Below are positions 20,399 through 29,311 of a stretch of 64,000 nt of DNA, one piece after another. The notes below the pieces were generated by a model. That model saw nothing but the letters and a program-made list of their open reading frames with translations. It was not told where the DNA came from and did not search any database. Numbering within the stretch: position 1 is the first letter of the stretch; every line of letters starts with the position of its first letter. A program made the translations under genes and the position numbers. Source of the stretch: a bacterium (GTDB lineage Bacteria; Armatimonadota; Zipacnadia; Zipacnadales; Zipacnadaceae); contig JAUWYY010000006.1 of the NCBI GenBank assembly GCA_030615605.1, positions 11,847-75,846 of the forward strand, in the 5' to 3' direction.

Positions 20399-20425
20399 AG
20401 CCGACACTCCTTGCTCGGTCATTGT

Positions 20426-21463
20426 TTATACCCGGACTGCTCCGAAGCGCTGGCCGCCCAACGAGAGCGCCTCGATATCTGAGAGCACCATTTCCAATCC
20501 CAGGATAGTGCAGGAGATGGGATCGGTTGCTACCCGGCAGGGCAGGTGCAGGTGAGCAGCGATAAGCCGGTCCAGGCCTTCCAGCAAGGCCGTACCGCCA
20601 CTGAGAACTATCCCGCCGCCGACCACCTGCTGTTTCTGGGCGCGAGGCAGCTCTTCGACGAGCCACTGAAGCTCCTCAAGCAGTGGCTCAAAGGCCTCAG
20701 TTAGTATTTGGGGGATTTGCTCGAGGTCCATTTCATAAGATGTCAAGTGTTGGTCATTATTGACAAGAATCACGTCATCTACATGAACGGGGCCGTTCGC
20801 CAGCGCTGCTCGCACTGACCCAGCCTCGCGCTTGAGGTGCTCGGCGGCTGGGACGCTGAGGCGGATACCCCGCTGGCGTTTTACGGTACGGATTATCGCC
20901 TCATTCAGGTCATTACCCCCGAAGCGCACCGAACGAGTGGCGGTAACCAGACCATTGTGAAAGACCCCTGCGTTGGTGGAGCCTGCGCCGATATCCACGA
21001 TCAGATAGCTGTCATCCGACTGCAGCGGCAAGTCTGCACCCAACCCCACAGCCAAAGGACGCTGCACGTCCACAATATGACCGGCTCCGGCAGCGTGGAG
21101 CGAATCATGTAATGCCCGCCTCTCAACCTGTGTGGCACTGGCCGGTGTGGCAATTACCACCATGGGCGAAAAGAGGGGACGGCGGCCCAAAGCCCGGCGG
21201 ATAAACTCGCGGAGCATCGCCACGGCAGCGTCAAAATCAGCGACCACACTGCTGTGGATGGGGCGGATAATTTCTACATCGTCCACTCCTCTTTCCCAAA
21301 GCTGGCGGGCTTCGCTCCCACAGGCTATGGGCTTGTTGTGCTGCGAGTCAAAGCCAACGAAACTGGGCTCGCGCAGCACGATCCCCTCGCCCTTGACGGC
21401 AATGTGCACCGAGCTGCTTCCCAGATCCAGCGCAAGTTGATCAGTCCAGGGCAGTATTGGCAT
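20426..21463 (-). CDS. Divergent MreB/Mbl-like actin homolog
   Basis: ALDLGSS, GIVLREPS, VVADFD, TQVERRA, VDIGAGS, AEHLKRE, LSGGTALL; start assigned to ATG 21463. Confidence 0.88.
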   Translation of the reverse strand: MPILPWTDQLALDLGSSSVHIAVKGEGIVLREPSFVGFDSQHNKPIACGSEARQLWERGVDDVEIIRPIHSSVVADFDAAVAMLREFIRRALGRRPLFSPMVVIATPASATQVERRALHDSLHAAGAGHIVDVQRPLAVGLGADLPLQSDDSYLIVDIGAGSTNAGVFHNGLVTATRSVRFGGNDLNEAIIRTVKRQRGIRLSVPAAEHLKREAGSVRAALANGPVHVDDVILVNNDQHLTSYEMDLEQIPQILTEAFEPLLEELQWLVEELPRAQKQQVVGGGIVLSGGTALLEGLDRLIAAHLHLPCRVATDPISCTILGLEMVLSDIEALSLGGQRFGAVRV

Positions 21464-21541
21464 TGCAATAGTAAGACGTAGCCCACCTATCTCGCCGCCA
21501 GCGGGAAATCCGACATACTCTGTTCCTCTGTGCGTGCCAAG

Positions 21542-21570
21542 ATTGTAGCATACGCCTGTCAAGAACGCAA
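21542..21570 (-). promoter_or_regulatory. Putative promoter of the mreB-like/hit/phoH operon
   Basis: Minus strand TTGCGT-N17-TACAAT with TG extended -10. Confidence 0.5.
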
Positions 21571-21614
21571 GATTCTATCAAACATACGTTCGTAGCCGCC
21601 GGACAGCCCAGCGT

Positions 21615-21644
21615 TTGACAATAACGTGGAATGACTGCTATAAT
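21615..21644 (+). promoter_or_regulatory. Consensus sigma70 promoter for the M24 peptidase-smc-ftsY unit
   Basis: TTGACA-N18-TATAAT with TG extended -10. Confidence 0.8.
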
Positions 21645-21717
21645 CGGCTTGGTACAATCCCTGGCTACTGGAGCAGTCTCGCCAGTGGAGTAGGACCCCG
21701 CTTCGTAGAAGGAGACG

Positions 21718-22821
21718 ATGATGACACGTCTACAAGAAATAGAAACAAAGCTCCAGCGTGTGCGGGATTTTATGAGTGCCCGAGGATTGGACGCGATGGT
21801 CCTGACCAAAACGATTAACTTTCAATGGCTGACGGCTGGGGCGGACAACCATGTAGTTATTGACAGCGACGTAGGAGTTGCGCCCATGGTGATAACCGCC
21901 GACGGCCAGCACGTCATTACCAACAATATCGAAGCGGTGCGACTGGAGGATGAGGAGATCGGCGAGCTGCCCTTTGAGATTGACTTCATGAACTGGCATG
22001 ATGAGAATCCGGAGGCGATGCTGGCCCAAATCGTCAAGGGGCAGATCGCCAGCGACGGGGCTTGGCCTGAGGGCGCTGAAGTCATGGGCGGACCGCTGGC
22101 CCGGCTGCGCTGGAGTTTGCTGGAGCCCGAAATTGAGCGCTACCGGGAGCTGGGGCACATAGCTGCCCAGGCTCTGGGGGAAGTAGCTCGCGAGATTGAG
22201 CCAGGCATGACCGAGCACGAGATCGGCGCGAAGCTGGCGGCCAAGCTCATTGCCCAGAACGTTATCGTTTCGGTGCTATTGATCGCTGCGGACGAACGGA
22301 TATCCAAGTATCGCCATCCTATTCCCACTGACAACAAGCTGGAGAAGCAGGCTATGCTGGTGGTGGGGGCGCGTAAGTGGGGGTTGGACATATCGGCCAC
22401 GCGGCTGGTTCATTTTGGTAAGCTGCCGGCTGAGCTGGCCGACAAGCACCGGGCGGTCTGCCAGATTGACGCTGCTTTCATTAGTGAGACTCGACCAGGC
22501 GCGGCGGTGCAAGATATCTTCGCGCAGGGCGTTGCCGCCTACGAGGCCAGCGGTTACCCTAATGAATGGAAGCTGCACCATCAGGGCGGGGCTACCGGCT
22601 ATGCGCCGCGCGATTATAAAGGGACAAGGGAGTGTCCTGAGACAGTCCTGGAGAATCAGGCCTTCGCCTGGAACCCTTCGATAACTGGCACAAAATCGGA
22701 AGATACTATCATAGCAATGGCGGACCAGACCGAAGTGCTCAGCACCGACGAGCAATGGCCCATGCTGGAAGTTGAGTATGCGGGTGACAAGATGGCTCGG
22801 CCTGACATACTGGTTCGCTAA
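21718..22821 (+). CDS. M24 family (Xaa-Pro/creatinase-like) peptidase
   Basis: PGMTEHEIG, YRHP, HHQGGATGY, AWNPSITGTKSEDT. Confidence 0.85.
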   Translation: MMTRLQEIETKLQRVRDFMSARGLDAMVLTKTINFQWLTAGADNHVVIDSDVGVAPMVITADGQHVITNNIEAVRLEDEEIGELPFEIDFMNWHDENPEAMLAQIVKGQIASDGAWPEGAEVMGGPLARLRWSLLEPEIERYRELGHIAAQALGEVAREIEPGMTEHEIGAKLAAKLIAQNVIVSVLLIAADERISKYRHPIPTDNKLEKQAMLVVGARKWGLDISATRLVHFGKLPAELADKHRAVCQIDAAFISETRPGAAVQDIFAQGVAAYEASGYPNEWKLHHQGGATGYAPRDYKGTRECPETVLENQAFAWNPSITGTKSEDTIIAMADQTEVLSTDEQWPMLEVEYAGDKMARPDILVR

Positions 22822-22845
22822 GACCGCAGCAGAAGAGGAAGCAAA

Positions 22846-25800
22846 GTGCATTTAGAGAAGCTCCAAATGCGGGGGTTTAAGACCTTCGCGGACAAAACCG
22901 AATTGGAGTTCGGGCCAGGTATAACTGCTATTGTCGGGCCTAACGGCGTGGGCAAAAGTAACATTGCTGACGCCGTTTTGTGGGTATTGGGGGAGCAGGG
23001 AACTATACCGTTACGGGTGGAAAGCGCCGAGGGAGTTGTCTTCGCCGGGTCCGAGGATCGCCGGCCGCTGGGCATGGCGGAGGTGAGCCTGACGCTGGAC
23101 AACTCCGACAGCACTCTGGATTCGGAATACTCGGAAATTGAGATCGGCCGCCGTCTGTTTCGCACCGGTAAGAGCGAGTACTTGATCAATCGCGACAAGA
23201 TCCGGCTAAGTGATGTCCGGGATCTGCTGGTGGACAGCGGGTTGGGTACCGACTCCTACGCCCTGGTTGGCCAGGGCGAAATTGATGCCATCCTTAGCGC
23301 TCATCCGGAGGACCGCCGGGAACTGATTGAGGAGGTCGCCGGGGTTCGCAAGTACCGGATTCGCCGCTCGCGGGCCGAGCGCAAACTCGCGGATACCCAG
23401 GATAACCTCATCCGCGTCCGTGACATCATTCACGAACTGCACACCCAACGCCAGCCCCTGGAGCAGCAGGCGGAAGTGGCTCGCTGCTATAAGCAACACG
23501 CAGGCCGGCTGCATGAGTTGCAGCGCGGTTTGCTGGCAGTTGACTACAATCAGCGGCGGCAGCAGCGGGGGGCAATCCTCAATGACATCGCGGTAGTCAA
23601 GGCGGATCTGCAAGCCACGCGCAACGAGCTAAGCACCCTCGAGGCTGAATACGAAAAGAATGCTGGCCAGATTGCCAAGCTGGCCGACCGGCTGGAGGAG
23701 TTGCGCGGCCAGCAGAGGGAGGCGCAGCGCGAACTGGACAGCCAGCGCAATGCCCAGGCGGTGGCTTCGGAAAAGTTGCGGGGTATAGGCGAGCAGCGTC
23801 AGCACCTCGAAGAGCAACAGGAGCAGGCCCAGCAGCGTCGCCAGCAACTGCAAACAGAGATAGGCAAGCTGGAAAAATCGCAAGGTGGCCAGCAGAAGCA
23901 GCTTGCAGCTCAGCAGGGCAAGCTGGCTGATCTGCAAAAGGTCGTTACCGAGCAGGAAGAAGAACATCGCGCGATTCTCACCCGCAAAGAGCAGGTGCAG
24001 CAGCAGCGCAGTGATCTGTCCGGCCAGTTGGCCGAGGTGGAAAACGAAGTGGCTGCTCTGCAGGGATTACAGAGCGATCTGGACGAGCGCATCCAGCGTC
24101 TGGCTGACCAACAACAGCAGTTTGAGCGCCAGCGCAGCGAACTTCAGGATAGCATTGAACAGTTGCGCGGTCAGCAAGCGACCCGGGAAGAGCAGAAAGA
24201 GGAGCTTGGGGGGCAGCTACGAGAGGCGCGCCAGCAGCGTGCTGCGCTGACTGATACTTTGCGGGAGCACCGGCGCAAGCGGGATCGCCTGGGGGAGGCG
24301 GTGGCGGCCGACGAATCACGCCAGACGCTCCTGCAGGAGTTGCAGCGCGACCACGAGGGATATGCTGAGGGACCCCGGGCGTTGCTGGAAGCTGCTCGCA
24401 ACGGCGAGATAAGTGGTGTGGAGGGGCTGGTGGCGGATTTCTTGGATGTGCCGCGTCGTCTGGAGGTGGCGGTAGAGGCCGGGTTGGGTGATAAGCTGCA
24501 GTGGGTGTTGGTTTCCTCCGCAGACGATCTTCAGCGCTGCGTGGAGTATCTGCAAGAGAATAGCCTAGGCCGAGCGACGATCATTGCTGTGGATGTGCCG
24601 ATTCCCGGCTTTGCTGCTCAGATGACCACGGGAGTAGGGCGCACAACTCGGGGTGTACACGGCACTCTGGACTCGCTGCTCAAATATCCCCGCAAGTTAG
24701 GCCGCGTGCTGGACTATTTGCTCGGCGATGTATTGGTTGTTGATGATCTGGAGGTGGCGACTCGCTTGCGCCCGATGCTAACCGGCCCGGTGAAGATGGT
24801 GACCTTGAATGGGGAAGTGGTTGGTCCGGCCGGCCAGATATCCGCCGGAAGCCTGGCGGGAGATGTACAGCGCTCGCTTGACCGCAGACGGGAGGTTGCT
24901 GCCCTTGAAGAACACTTGCAGGGAATGCGCTCCTACCTGGCGCAGATGTGGGAGGCGGAAGAAGAGCTGGAACGCCAGAGTCAGCAACTCGGCGAGCGCG
25001 TCCAGGCCCTGGAGGGGCAGCTTGGCGAATTTGACAAGCAGGCGACGGCTGTTGAGGGCGACTTGCGACATGCCGGCGACCGCTTCCGAGCGGCTCAAAC
25101 TGCTCACCAGGAGATAACCGAGGAGATTTCGGCACTGGAGGAGCGTCGCCAGCAGGCTGACAGCAGGTGCAGTGAAGCCGAAGGCCAGCGCTTGGCGCTG
25201 ACCCACCAACTGGAAGGGAATAAGCAGGAGCTGTCGGGCCTGCCCTCCGCGGAGGCTGCCGAGCAGAGCCTGGGGAACCGGCGCGAGCAGTTGACGGCAA
25301 TCCGGGTAGGAGTGGCCGAACTGGAAGAGAAAGTGCGCTCGAGCACCGCTTTGGCCGATCAGCAACAGCAGGAACTGAGCCGGGTGGAGCGAGAGACTGT
25401 TGATTATGACAGGCAGCTTACCCAATTGGATGAAGCTGAGAAGCAGGCCCGTGAGGCTCTCCAGTCTGACGAAAGCGAAGACGCCGATCTTGAGCAGCGT
25501 GTTCAGCAGTTAGGTGAGCGGGCTGAAAGCTCTCAGCGAGACCTCGTGGCGCTGCGCAGGACCACATCAGGGGTTGAAGCTACCCGGCGTACGCTGCTGG
25601 ATTTGCGCGAAGAGCAAGGCGAACAACTGCATCGCCTGGAGCTGCGCCAGGCGCGTCAGGACTCGGAGCTAGAGCATATCGTCGAGGAGCTTGAGGAGGT
25701 TTACGAACTTACCCCCGAGCAGGCTGCCCAACAGCAGCCGGAGGACTTCGACCTGAAAGCGGCGCGTAGTGAGGCGGCGAAGCTGAAGAGGGAAATCCGC

Positions 25801-26487
25801 GAGTTGGGCTATGTGAATGTCAGTGCCATTGAGGAATGTGAGCGGCTGCAGGATCGGGAGGACTACCTCAGCTCGCAACTGGAGGACCTCCGGCAGGCCC
25901 GTGATGATTTGGAATCGGTCATAGCTGAGATTGATGAGACGGCCAAGGAGACTTTCCTGGCCAGCTTCGAGCAGGTGGAGGAGGCTTTTGATGACCTGTT
26001 CAAGTGGTTGTTCGGCGGCGGCAGCACGCGACTGGAGATCACTGACCCGGAGAATCCGCTGGACAGCGGAGTTGAGGTGATAGTCCAGCAGCCGGGGCGG
26101 CGTTTTCAGAATCTGATGGCCCTCTCCGGCGGAGAGAAGGCGATGATCGGCCTCGCGCTACTTTTTGCTATGATCCGGGTTAAGCCCACTCCCTTCTGCT
26201 TCCTGGATGAGATTGATGCGGCCCTCGATGCCGCCAACTCCCGGCGATTTGCCGAGATGCTCCAGGACTTTGCCAAAAACTCACAGTTTGTCATCATCAC
26301 CCACAACCCCGAGACTATGGAAATTGCCGACCGGCTGCACGGCGTGACTATGGAGCAGCCCGGTATATCCAGACTCATATCCGTAGAGCTAAGCGAAGCG
26401 CAGCGGGAAGCCGAACGCTGGGCTGCGACGGAGGCAACGGTGCCGGCAAGCACCGGGACTGACAAGCAATCAGCACCGGCTGGTTGA
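22846..26487 (+). CDS. smc: Chromosome segregation protein SMC
   Basis: GFKTF, GPNGVGKSN, long coiled coils, hinge LGRAT, LSGGE, LDEIDAALD, IITH. Confidence 0.98.
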   Translation: MHLEKLQMRGFKTFADKTELEFGPGITAIVGPNGVGKSNIADAVLWVLGEQGTIPLRVESAEGVVFAGSEDRRPLGMAEVSLTLDNSDSTLDSEYSEIEIGRRLFRTGKSEYLINRDKIRLSDVRDLLVDSGLGTDSYALVGQGEIDAILSAHPEDRRELIEEVAGVRKYRIRRSRAERKLADTQDNLIRVRDIIHELHTQRQPLEQQAEVARCYKQHAGRLHELQRGLLAVDYNQRRQQRGAILNDIAVVKADLQATRNELSTLEAEYEKNAGQIAKLADRLEELRGQQREAQRELDSQRNAQAVASEKLRGIGEQRQHLEEQQEQAQQRRQQLQTEIGKLEKSQGGQQKQLAAQQGKLADLQKVVTEQEEEHRAILTRKEQVQQQRSDLSGQLAEVENEVAALQGLQSDLDERIQRLADQQQQFERQRSELQDSIEQLRGQQATREEQKEELGGQLREARQQRAALTDTLREHRRKRDRLGEAVAADESRQTLLQELQRDHEGYAEGPRALLEAARNGEISGVEGLVADFLDVPRRLEVAVEAGLGDKLQWVLVSSADDLQRCVEYLQENSLGRATIIAVDVPIPGFAAQMTTGVGRTTRGVHGTLDSLLKYPRKLGRVLDYLLGDVLVVDDLEVATRLRPMLTGPVKMVTLNGEVVGPAGQISAGSLAGDVQRSLDRRREVAALEEHLQGMRSYLAQMWEAEEELERQSQQLGERVQALEGQLGEFDKQATAVEGDLRHAGDRFRAAQTAHQEITEEISALEERRQQADSRCSEAEGQRLALTHQLEGNKQELSGLPSAEAAEQSLGNRREQLTAIRVGVAELEEKVRSSTALADQQQQELSRVERETVDYDRQLTQLDEAEKQAREALQSDESEDADLEQRVQQLGERAESSQRDLVALRRTTSGVEATRRTLLDLREEQGEQLHRLELRQARQDSELEHIVEELEEVYELTPEQAAQQQPEDFDLKAARSEAAKLKREIRELGYVNVSAIEECERLQDREDYLSSQLEDLRQARDDLESVIAEIDETAKETFLASFEQVEEAFDDLFKWLFGGGSTRLEITDPENPLDSGVEVIVQQPGRRFQNLMALSGGEKAMIGLALLFAMIRVKPTPFCFLDEIDAALDAANSRRFAEMLQDFAKNSQFVIITHNPETMEIADRLHGVTMEQPGISRLISVELSEAQREAERWAATEATVPASTGTDKQSAPAG

Positions 26488-26497
26488 CGATTCTTCT

Positions 26498-26567
26498 TGG
26501 GAGGGGCATCCTTGCCCCGATTGGCACCTTTGGTTCAGTTGTGGTCGGGGCAAGGATGCCCCTCCCA
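26498..26567. repeat. REP doublet (REPIN-like): perfect 23-bp inverted repeat, each arm itself palindromic
   Basis: TGGGAGGGGCATCCTTGCCCCGA (26498-26520), 24-nt spacer, TCGGGGCAAGGATGCCCCTCCCA (26545-26567). Confidence 0.85.
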
Positions 26568-26605
26568 CAGCGAGAGTACCCTGAGCTCAGAAAGGAAGCA
26601 AACCG

Positions 26606-27478
26606 TTGCTGAAAGGACTTTTCCGGCGTGTGGGAGCGGTATTGGCGGCCCGCGCCGTTGTTAATGACGAACTTCTGGACGAGCTGGAGGCGGCGCTCAT
26701 TCAGGCCGATGTCAGCGTCCCGGTGGCTGAGGGAATGGTCGAGCGGCTGCGGGAGGCGGCTGAATCGCACCATATTACCGAGCCGTCTGGTTTGCTGGAA
26801 CTGTTAGCCCAGCACGTCGAGGAGATGCTGGAGCCGTGCGAGGCGCCGCTTAGCACTGGTGAGCAGACGCCGACGGTTTTTCTGATGCTGGGTGTAAATG
26901 GCGTGGGCAAGACGACCTGTATCGCCAAGATCGCCCACTGGTATCAGTCCGCCGGGAACAAGGTCCTGCTGGTTGCAGCGGATACCTTCCGGGCGGCCGC
27001 GGCTGAACAGCTATCTGTATGGGCGGAGCGGGTCGGCTGCGATATCGTGCAGCAGCAGCACGGCTCAGACCCGGCGGCCGTTGTCTACGATGGGCTGGAA
27101 GCGGCGCGCGCGCGCGGACATAACTTGGTCATAATTGATACCGCCGGGCGGCTGCACACCAAGCGCAATCTGATGGAAGAACTGCGTAAGATGGATCGGG
27201 TCATTCAAGGGCAGCTCGGTCGGGCTACCGACGAGCGGCTGCTGGTCATTGACGCTACTACCGGCCAGAACGCCATCCGGCAAGCCGAGCAGTTCAATGA
27301 GGCGTTAGACATAACCGGTTTGATGATTGCCAAGCTGGATGGGACGGCCAAGGGCGGGGTGGTTCTGAGCATCAGCCAGCAGCTCGGCCTGCCCATAAAG
27401 CTCATCGGGGTAGGGGAGAGGCTGGAGGATTTGCGGCTCTTCTCCGCCCGCGACTTCGCGGGGCAGATGTTCGATTAA
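26606..27478 (+). CDS. ftsY: Signal recognition particle receptor FtsY
   Basis: GVNGVGKTT, DTFRAAA, DTAGR, DATTGQN, KLDGTAKGG. Confidence 0.97.
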   Translation: MLKGLFRRVGAVLAARAVVNDELLDELEAALIQADVSVPVAEGMVERLREAAESHHITEPSGLLELLAQHVEEMLEPCEAPLSTGEQTPTVFLMLGVNGVGKTTCIAKIAHWYQSAGNKVLLVAADTFRAAAAEQLSVWAERVGCDIVQQQHGSDPAAVVYDGLEAARARGHNLVIIDTAGRLHTKRNLMEELRKMDRVIQGQLGRATDERLLVIDATTGQNAIRQAEQFNEALDITGLMIAKLDGTAKGGVVLSISQQLGLPIKLIGVGERLEDLRLFSARDFAGQMFD

Positions 27479-27564
27479 GAGCAGCGCCAACAAGTGACAG
27501 GAGAAGTTGGTCATCGAAGGCCTTGCTGCCCGGTACGGTCCTCAGGTATTCGCGGGCAGTTCTG

Positions 27565-29079
27565 CTATTGTCCCTCTTGGCGCTGCAGGCGCGTCTGGAT
27601 CTCGGAGATTGCCCAGGTTGCTGCCCGTCTCTGGCTTTCTGTTTCGGCTGCGGTGGCAAACTGCCGCAAGGGCTCCAGCGCTTTTTCCCCAGCAAAGCGC
27701 CTCAGAGCATCTGCCGCGGCCGCGCCAACGAAGTTGTTTGGGTCGTGGAGGGCTTCTATGAGCGCGGGTATAGTGGACGGATCGCCGATCTGCCCCAATG
27801 AGCCGGCTGCTCGCCCGCGCATCGTGCGGTCACCATCGTTCCTCAGAATGTCAAGTAGCACAGCAACGATCTTGGCTCTGAGGTTCGCATCTTGCGTTTG
27901 CCCCAGCAAGCCCAGCCCGTCTATGGCGGAGTACCTGACCGGCCTCTCCTCCTCCTTGGCTGCTGCGATGACCGCGTCAGCGCCCTGCGTCAGCTTGCGT
28001 ACGCCAGTCTCGTACGCAGCATATTTACGTGACTTCTGCGTCACTCCGGAGCGTACTGTCTCGATCAGCAGGCTGACTTCTCGGTCGCCGGCCTGAAGGC
28101 TCTGCATAGTTTCCAGGACGATACGCTGGATTTCCCCCTGCCGGGTCGTGCGGTAGATGCTCTCAAGCTGTGGGAGAATGGATGTATCTTGTATGCGCGC
28201 GAGAGCACTAGCCGCCGGGCGCACAAGTGCCCCGTTCTCGGTCGTCAGGATTCTCAGAAGGGCTGGCACGGCGCGCGGGTCGCAGTTGGCGCTCACCTTT
28301 TCGATAGCCCGCAGCGCAACCGCCGTATCTTCGGAGCCGATCTCGCGTATCGCTCTGTCCAGATTGCGTCTGGTGGGGACTGTAGTAGTGAAGCCTATAT
28401 CGTTAGACCTTAGAGTGCCCGGCCAGATCGGTCCCTCGCCCATAGGCTCTGCACGCTTTGCGACCTTCTCGTCGGCAGTAAGTTCAAGGGCTGCCGTGAA
28501 CCTGCCGGCCTGGATGATGTCGATACGGACATCCCTGAAGTCTATCACGATGCGTCGGGCGATAGAGGGGGAACCCTGGGAAGCTCGCGCAAACTCATAT
28601 TCAATGAACCCCTCGATGCTATCCTCATACGCTTCGCCGGGGGCAAGGCGGTGCAGCTGTGGCTCCAATCCCGCAGGTCCGTATATAGCCGTCATCCGCT
28701 TGTTCATTTTGACACCGCGCTCATTGGTGATTGTGAGAGTGAGGGCTTTGTAGACTGCCGGAAAGTAAAGCCAGATCTCTCGGTCCGAGGCATTCTCAAC
28801 CCGTACACTCAGCCGAAAATGGTCTCCCACGCGGAAATCGTCTGCGTTCGCCGAAATACCGCAGCGCAGCTTCCCATCAGTTGTTGTTCGCGGCGAAACG
28901 GAGGCAGTGGGAGCTGATGCAGATGATTCGTCACTGGCAATCCGGCCGCATGAGGTCAGAGTGGACAGCGCCACCAGCGCCCCCAACCACAAACCAAGAG
29001 CAGAGCAGGAAAGCGGCCAGAAGCGCGCCATGAGGACTGATACCCGGTGCAATTCCCTGAAGCCGTTTGTCGAGGTCAT
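27565..29079 (-). CDS. Putative lipoprotein with an Ig-like domain and HEAT/PBS-lyase repeats
   Basis: Lipobox-like LTSC; repeats such as VRPAASALARI and MRGRAAGSLGQIGDPSTIPALIEALHD; GAGGGGG RBS before ATG 29079. Confidence 0.75.
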   Translation of the reverse strand: MTSTNGFRELHRVSVLMARFWPLSCSALGLWLGALVALSTLTSCGRIASDESSASAPTASVSPRTTTDGKLRCGISANADDFRVGDHFRLSVRVENASDREIWLYFPAVYKALTLTITNERGVKMNKRMTAIYGPAGLEPQLHRLAPGEAYEDSIEGFIEYEFARASQGSPSIARRIVIDFRDVRIDIIQAGRFTAALELTADEKVAKRAEPMGEGPIWPGTLRSNDIGFTTTVPTRRNLDRAIREIGSEDTAVALRAIEKVSANCDPRAVPALLRILTTENGALVRPAASALARIQDTSILPQLESIYRTTRQGEIQRIVLETMQSLQAGDREVSLLIETVRSGVTQKSRKYAAYETGVRKLTQGADAVIAAAKEEERPVRYSAIDGLGLLGQTQDANLRAKIVAVLLDILRNDGDRTMRGRAAGSLGQIGDPSTIPALIEALHDPNNFVGAAAADALRRFAGEKALEPLRQFATAAETESQRRAATWAISEIQTRLQRQEGQ

Positions 29080-29311
29080 CGGAATACCCCCTCGCCGACA
29101 TTTCTCATATGCTTTCTTGCTGTATCTAGCATTCTCTGTTTGCTGGACTAATTCCTCCTGCGGCGGATCGTTTAGCCGACACAACCTGAGCTTGCAGCGA
29201 GTTTGCCCCACATCAGAATCTCTCTCTCTTAAGCTATTCCAATTCTCGCGACGTTGCACCGTTCTACGCCTAGTATTGACAACTGAAGCACGCAACTTGT
29301 TCCGTCTGATA

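Noticed and set aside
29080-29295. N-terminal extension of the HEAT ORF in the ORF track
   Set aside because: A better RBS and the signal peptide lie at or after ATG 29079
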